DNA of 12,153 bases from an uncultured bacterium (GTDB taxonomy: Bacteria > CSSED10-310 > CAZUFC01), in the NCBI GenBank assembly GCA_964619725.1, contig CAZUFC010000036.1, positions 1-12,153 on the forward strand. The letters run 5' to 3'. Below the pieces are notes generated by a model, which saw only the letters and a list, made by a program, of their open reading frames with translations, did no database searches and was not told the origin of the DNA. Position numbers and translations under genes: made by a program. Within the stretch, counting starts at the first letter, position 1. Each line of letters begins with the position of its first letter. Below are positions 8,553-12,153 of this stretch, piece by piece.

Positions 8553-9782
8553 TCAGTTCGGACCGGCAGCGTTTTTCGATTCACCCGGCAGGCTTCCTGT
8601 TATGATCATGCCCAGCAAAGGCAGAAGAGGATAAGTTTTAAACAATATCTCAATGACTGCGGCGGATTGAAGCATAAGGGTTGCGATGAGGAGTGAGACG
8701 CCGCCGGTTACGTTCATGACGAACATAATGACGGAATTTTCCAGGCCGCTTTCCACACGAATGAATTCCCGCAAGTTGGAGAAGATGAGATTCGACATAT
8801 ACGCTTCAGCAGCCATAAATAATCCCCAGCATATGATTTTGACGGGATCGTTGCGAAAAAACAAGGCGATGACGACCGAAATGAGCGTCATAGCCGCGAA
8901 AACCAGCCTGGAATGACTCAGTTTTATTCTGTCCGTGGACTGAAGCATTACCGATGATACCAGGAAAATAACGAAAGACAGCAGGACCAGTAGTCCGACA
9001 GAGGGCATTTCTTCAGCAGAACTTATTTTCAGCAAATGCACCGGTATGGCGAAAAGGTATATCGCTCCGCCATATCGCACAATCGATATCATTACGAACA
9101 ATCTGACTGTCCGGCGATTCATTATGCGGGCTATGGTTTTCCATCCTGACAGAATCGTTAGATCGGAAGCTGATTTCAGCTTTATTTTTCTTACTCCGAA
9201 AAAGAAAAGGAATGCCGCTGCGATTATGCCCAGAGCGCCGGCGATAAAGGGAAGGATGGTTTTTACTCCGTAAAGCGACATGCCGACGGGATACCCCAGC
9301 CAGCCCAGTCCTGAAAAGATCATTATGCCGATGTAAAAACGGGAAATCAGATCAGGCGGCAATGTGGAAAGCGTAAAAACTCGACCGGCCGTCTGACTTA
9401 AAGCCACGGCCATGCCTGCTGTGAAACCCAGCAGTGCGAGCAGCATAAAATTTTCAATGAAAAAGAAAAATAATATCGGCACGACGGAATAAAGGAGCAA
9501 AGCTATCGTCAATATCCTGCGATAATTGTATTTTTCCACCAGGTATCCTGCGAAAGGACATAATAACGCCATCCCCCAATAGGATGTCATCAGTAAAAAT
9601 GAAATATTCGAAAGCGTATACTCATTATCCAGCAAAAAACGTATCTCTGCCAGATACAGTATCGACCCCGCAATGCTCAATACTACGTCGCCCAGCAACG
9701 GGTATAAAAAAATTCTCTTTTTTATGATCTCAAGGTATTTTGTTGCAGGCGCAGCTATTGTTTTCTCCAGACCAGCGACCAT
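8553..9782 (-). CDS. MFS-type transporter, 409 aa (likely exporter)
   Basis: About 12 hydrophobic segments in about 400 aa and a motif-A-like loop GYLVEKYNYRR. Overlaps the upstream rSAM by 28 nt. Confidence 0.8.
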   Translation of the reverse strand: MVAGLEKTIAAPATKYLEIIKKRIFLYPLLGDVVLSIAGSILYLAEIRFLLDNEYTLSNISFLLMTSYWGMALLCPFAGYLVEKYNYRRILTIALLLYSVVPILFFFFIENFMLLALLGFTAGMAVALSQTAGRVFTLSTLPPDLISRFYIGIMIFSGLGWLGYPVGMSLYGVKTILPFIAGALGIIAAAFLFFFGVRKIKLKSASDLTILSGWKTIARIMNRRTVRLFVMISIVRYGGAIYLFAIPVHLLKISSAEEMPSVGLLVLLSFVIFLVSSVMLQSTDRIKLSHSRLVFAAMTLISVVIALFFRNDPVKIICWGLFMAAEAYMSNLIFSNLREFIRVESGLENSVIMFVMNVTGGVSLLIATLMLQSAAVIEILFKTYPLLPLLGMIITGSLPGESKNAAGPN

Positions 9783-11179
9783 AAAGCGTTTTCAAGACAT
9801 TCATAGTTGAATCGACAGAAAGGGTCTCTATCCTTCAAATCACCTCTCACCTGATAGGCGCGAGCCCTGCAGCCGCCGTTACAGAATGTTTGCAAATCAC
9901 AGAACGAGCAACCGACAAAATCGAATTTCCGGAGTTTCACATATTTTTCTATTGAAGCATCATGAATGGACTTCATGTCCTTCTCACGAAAATTGCCCAG
10001 GCGAAAATCATCTCGATGAAAAAAAGGACAGGGGAAAACGTCGCCGTTCGGAGCAACGCTCAATATGCTGCAACCCATGCCGCAATTTATTATGTTAACG
10101 CCTTCAATCAGTCCCGTGTAATCGTTCAAACAGGATATGTGCAGCCCGAAATCCGCCGGTTCTCTCCCATGAACGCCTGATGTCGTCAGTAACGTGTTTG
10201 CCTTCTCAGCCGTCTTCTTTAAACCGGCTATGAGACTTTCCCTCTCCGGCGCCCTTTCACCGGCTCCTTCATAACCGTGTACCGGCAACTCAATATTGAC
10301 GCGAAGAAAATTGCATCCCATTTCATAAGCCAGCTCCGCCATCTCCTCCAGGCGTTCAAAATTTCCCGAATGCACCGTGCAGCAAAGACCGATAGAAACG
10401 TCAGAATCCATCTTTAAATTCAACTTCTGAAGCATTTCCACGTTCCGCAACACTCTGTCGAAAACGCCCTCTCCCCTCGTCAAACTGTTCGTCTCCTCGT
10501 CAGGCCCGTCCAGCGATATCTGCACCAGATCGATAAAAGGCAACGCTTCTCTCCATAAGTCCTCGTCGCCGACCGTCCCGTTCGTCGGCACGGTAATGGA
10601 ACCCGCTCCCTTCTCTCTTACGGTCCTCAGTATTTCCGTGAACTGCGGGTGCAGCAGAGGCTCGCCGCCTGTCAGAACTACATTAAGCTGACTGAGAACG
10701 TCCCGGTCCATCCACTCCAGAAGAACTTTCATATCGTCAGGTTGAAGCTCCGTCGCCGCCGCTGTGTCGGATGAACAATCCACATAACAGTAAGGACATG
10801 ATAAATTGCACCGATCAGTCACATGAAGATACAACGTCCTCAAAACCGGATGAACCGTCGCCGGCTTATCGTTATATGAAATCTTCTCCGCTTCCGATTC
10901 TCTGAACGCTATTCCCAGCTCATTCGCCTCGCATAGAAAATTCATTACATCCGGCAGAATGACCGATTTCAAAAGTCCATACTTCGACGACAATTCTTCC
11001 GCCGTCTCTTCAACCGTCAAACCCTTCTCGCAAAGACGCAGAATCTCCGTTCCCACGTCGTTTGTTCTCATCCACCTGGCAGTATCGGGAAATAATATCA
11101 GATACTGAACGCCTCTTTGCCTTACCTCAAATGGATATACTCTAAACCGTTCTCCGGCATCAATGCTCCGACGGCCCAT
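9755..11179 (-). CDS. RRE-radical SAM-SPASM peptide maturase, 474 aa
   Basis: N-terminal PqqD-like domain (NDVGTEILRLCEKGLTVEETAEELSSKYG...DVMNFL), CNLSCPYC, TGGEPLL, QISLDG, and a full SPASM domain: CGMG...GDVFPC...CSFC-x5-CNGGC...DPFC. Confidence 0.93.
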   Translation of the reverse strand: MGRRSIDAGERFRVYPFEVRQRGVQYLILFPDTARWMRTNDVGTEILRLCEKGLTVEETAEELSSKYGLLKSVILPDVMNFLCEANELGIAFRESEAEKISYNDKPATVHPVLRTLYLHVTDRCNLSCPYCYVDCSSDTAAATELQPDDMKVLLEWMDRDVLSQLNVVLTGGEPLLHPQFTEILRTVREKGAGSITVPTNGTVGDEDLWREALPFIDLVQISLDGPDEETNSLTRGEGVFDRVLRNVEMLQKLNLKMDSDVSIGLCCTVHSGNFERLEEMAELAYEMGCNFLRVNIELPVHGYEGAGERAPERESLIAGLKKTAEKANTLLTTSGVHGREPADFGLHISCLNDYTGLIEGVNIINCGMGCSILSVAPNGDVFPCPFFHRDDFRLGNFREKDMKSIHDASIEKYVKLRKFDFVGCSFCDLQTFCNGGCRARAYQVRGDLKDRDPFCRFNYECLENALWSLVWRKQ

Positions 11180-11251
11180 AACGCGCTGTTCTCTCCAGAT
11201 ACTGCAATCCGAGACTGCAATTTTCCAAAAACGGGATGAAATAAATTAAAT

Positions 11252-11428
11252 TTATGAAGCCACGGCGATGCCTATGGCTACTCCGGCAGTCACAGCCGTA
11301 CTGCCCGCGGCTGTGCCTACCACCAGCCCGTCTCCGCAGAATCCGACATTATATTGAGCCTTCTCCGTGCCGCCCATGCCGGCTGCATTTATTTTCGGCG
11401 TAGTATAGATGACAGGTTTTACATACAT
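11252..11428 (-). CDS. RiPP precursor peptide A2, 58 aa: MYVKPVIYTTPKINAAGMGGTEKAQYNVGFCGDGLVVGTAAGSTAVTAGVAIGIAVAS
   Basis: Translated by hand; shorter than anything in the ORF track. RBS GGGAAAGGA at 11445-11437, TAA stop. 49/58 identical to A1. Confidence 0.9.
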   Translation of the reverse strand: MYVKPVIYTTPKINAAGMGGTEKAQYNVGFCGDGLVVGTAAGSTAVTAGVAIGIAVAS

Positions 11429-11476
11429 TAATCCGATCCTTTCCCGTGATCAATCGGTCCGATTCGTCCTCTTTTC

Positions 11477-11505
11477 TTTTAACATGAAAAGAGAAGACAA
11501 GTCAA
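11477..11505 (-). promoter_or_regulatory. Putative promoter-like motif upstream of A2 (TTGACT-N15-TGTTAAAA)
   Basis: Near-consensus -35 hexamer, with the same layout as the motif upstream of A1. The -10 match is weak. Confidence 0.35.
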
Positions 11506-11533
11506 GAAAACGGCATTTTTTCGGAACGTTCGA

Positions 11534-11713
11534 TCACGAGGCTACGGCGACTCCTATGGCTACGCCGGCAGTGAGGGCCGTGCTGCCCGCTGAAGCGTAT
11601 ACCACTAAAGAATCTCCGCAGAATCCGACGCTGTACTGCGCCTTCTCCGTGCCGCCCATACCCGCGACGTTGATTTTTGGAGTCGAATAAATGACGGGTT
11701 TTACATACATCAT
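11534..11713 (-). CDS. RiPP precursor peptide A1, 59 aa (58 aa if started at 11710): MMYVKPVIYSTPKINVAGMGGTEKAQYSVGFCGDSLVVYASAGSTALTAGVAIGVAVAS
   Basis: Translated by hand. Same RBS GGGAAAGGA at 11727-11719, TGA stop. Paralog of A2 with mostly synonymous differences. Confidence 0.9.
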   Translation of the reverse strand: MMYVKPVIYSTPKINVAGMGGTEKAQYSVGFCGDSLVVYASAGSTALTAGVAIGVAVAS

Positions 11714-11756
11714 TCGCGTCCTTTCCCTTACTGCGCAATATCTCCATCTTTTATTG

Positions 11757-11800
11757 ATTAACAGATTTCTCCGGTTAAGTCAAATTGTCAACTTTTGACT
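11757..11800 (-). promoter_or_regulatory. Putative operon promoter (TTGACT-N14-TGTTAAT) overlapped by the palindrome AGTCAAA-N9-TTTGACT
   Basis: Minus-strand TTGACT at 11783-11778 and TTGACA at 11791-11786. Perfect 7-bp inverted arms at 11778-11784 and 11794-11800. Confidence 0.45.
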
Positions 11801-12017
11801 ATAATCATCCTGGCGTTTTTAATCGCAGTGTTTTTAAGGATTTCCAAAGTATCAATTGCGGTGGTGATTATTGTATCAAGAAAATTGTGTTCCGGTGTTC
11901 CGTGGCTCAGAGCCCTGCCGAAACTCTTATGAAAAAAATATTTATTGTCCGCGAAACTTCGCGAATCTACGCGAAAAAGAGCAGAGCCATGTAAAGCAAA
12001 GAAAACATGGAAACGGA

Positions 12018-12153
12018 GCATTGATCAAAAATGGGTCTTTTGAGGTTACATTTTTTTCCGAATATTCCATCATTTTATTTCGATTTCGATCCCGATTACG
12101 ATACCGATTGCGATACCGATGCCGACCCCGATTATCGAAAAAAACTGTCGAAT
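12018..12153 (-). repeat. Right copy of the inverted repeat, with an (ATCGNN)x9 array; runs to the window edge
   Basis: Its reverse complement reads ATTCGACAGTTTTTTTCGATAATCGGGGTCGGC...ATCGAAATCGAAATAAAATGATGGAATATTC...TGTAACCTCAAAAGACCCATTTTTGATCAATGC, matching 255-401. Confidence 0.88.

Larger units (their letters stand above)
461..11713 (-). other. RiPP biosynthetic gene cluster (2 precursors and 10 accessory genes, including 4 radical SAM enzymes)
   Basis: Twelve co-oriented genes. From 11179 down to 461 the junctions are overlaps or gaps of 1-32 nt. PqqD/RRE domains, a SPASM rSAM, a protease, a transporter and short paralogous peptides at the operon head. Confidence 0.9.

Noticed and set aside
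744-10180. Numerous plus-strand and nested short ORFs
   Set aside because: They are antisense or out-of-frame shadows of well-supported minus-strand genes and have no motifs.
11203-11219. Small hairpin TGCAGTC-TCG-GATTGCA (minus strand) between A2 and the SPASM rSAM as a terminator
   Set aside because: The 7-bp stem is weak and has no U-tract, so it cannot be supported as a terminator.
11252-11713. Lasso peptide or lipoprotein interpretation of the precursors
   Set aside because: No lasso cyclase or B2 protease is encoded despite the YxxP motifs. VGFC is not a lipobox and is not preceded by a hydrophobic signal region.
11409-11747. ORF-track ORFs 11409-11690 (+) and 11502-11747 (-)
   Set aside because: They are shadow or alternative frames over precursor A1. 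The synonymous-change pattern and the RBS support the hand-translated frame.
11785-12021. ORFs 11785-11994 (+) and 11788-12021 (-)
   Set aside because: They overlap each other in the AT-rich upstream region, have no recognisable features and show no clear RBS.

Overview
The window holds one compact, co-directional minus-strand operon (461-11713) that looks like a complete RiPP (ribosomally synthesised, post-translationally modified peptide) biosynthetic cluster. The ORF track misses two key genes: paralogous 58-59 aa precursor peptides at 11534-11713 and 11252-11428. Each has a doubled YxxPxI leader motif, one Cys and an uncharged Gly/Ala/Val-rich tail ending in Ser. Downstream come an RRE-radical SAM-SPASM maturase, an MFS transporter, a CPBP intramembrane protease, three cobalamin-dependent radical SAM enzymes (one with a probable C-terminal RRE), a small Sm-like protein, a stand-alone PqqD/RRE, a DegT-type PLP aminotransferase and a class I methyltransferase. 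I do not recognise this enzyme combination as a described RiPP class. The operon is bracketed by about 140-bp imperfect inverted repeats containing (ATCGNN)n hexamer arrays (255-401 and 12018-12153). The left edge also carries a G-rich 32-bp tandem repeat and three ACTGATCAAA direct repeats. All family calls come from motif reading by eye; no searches were run.
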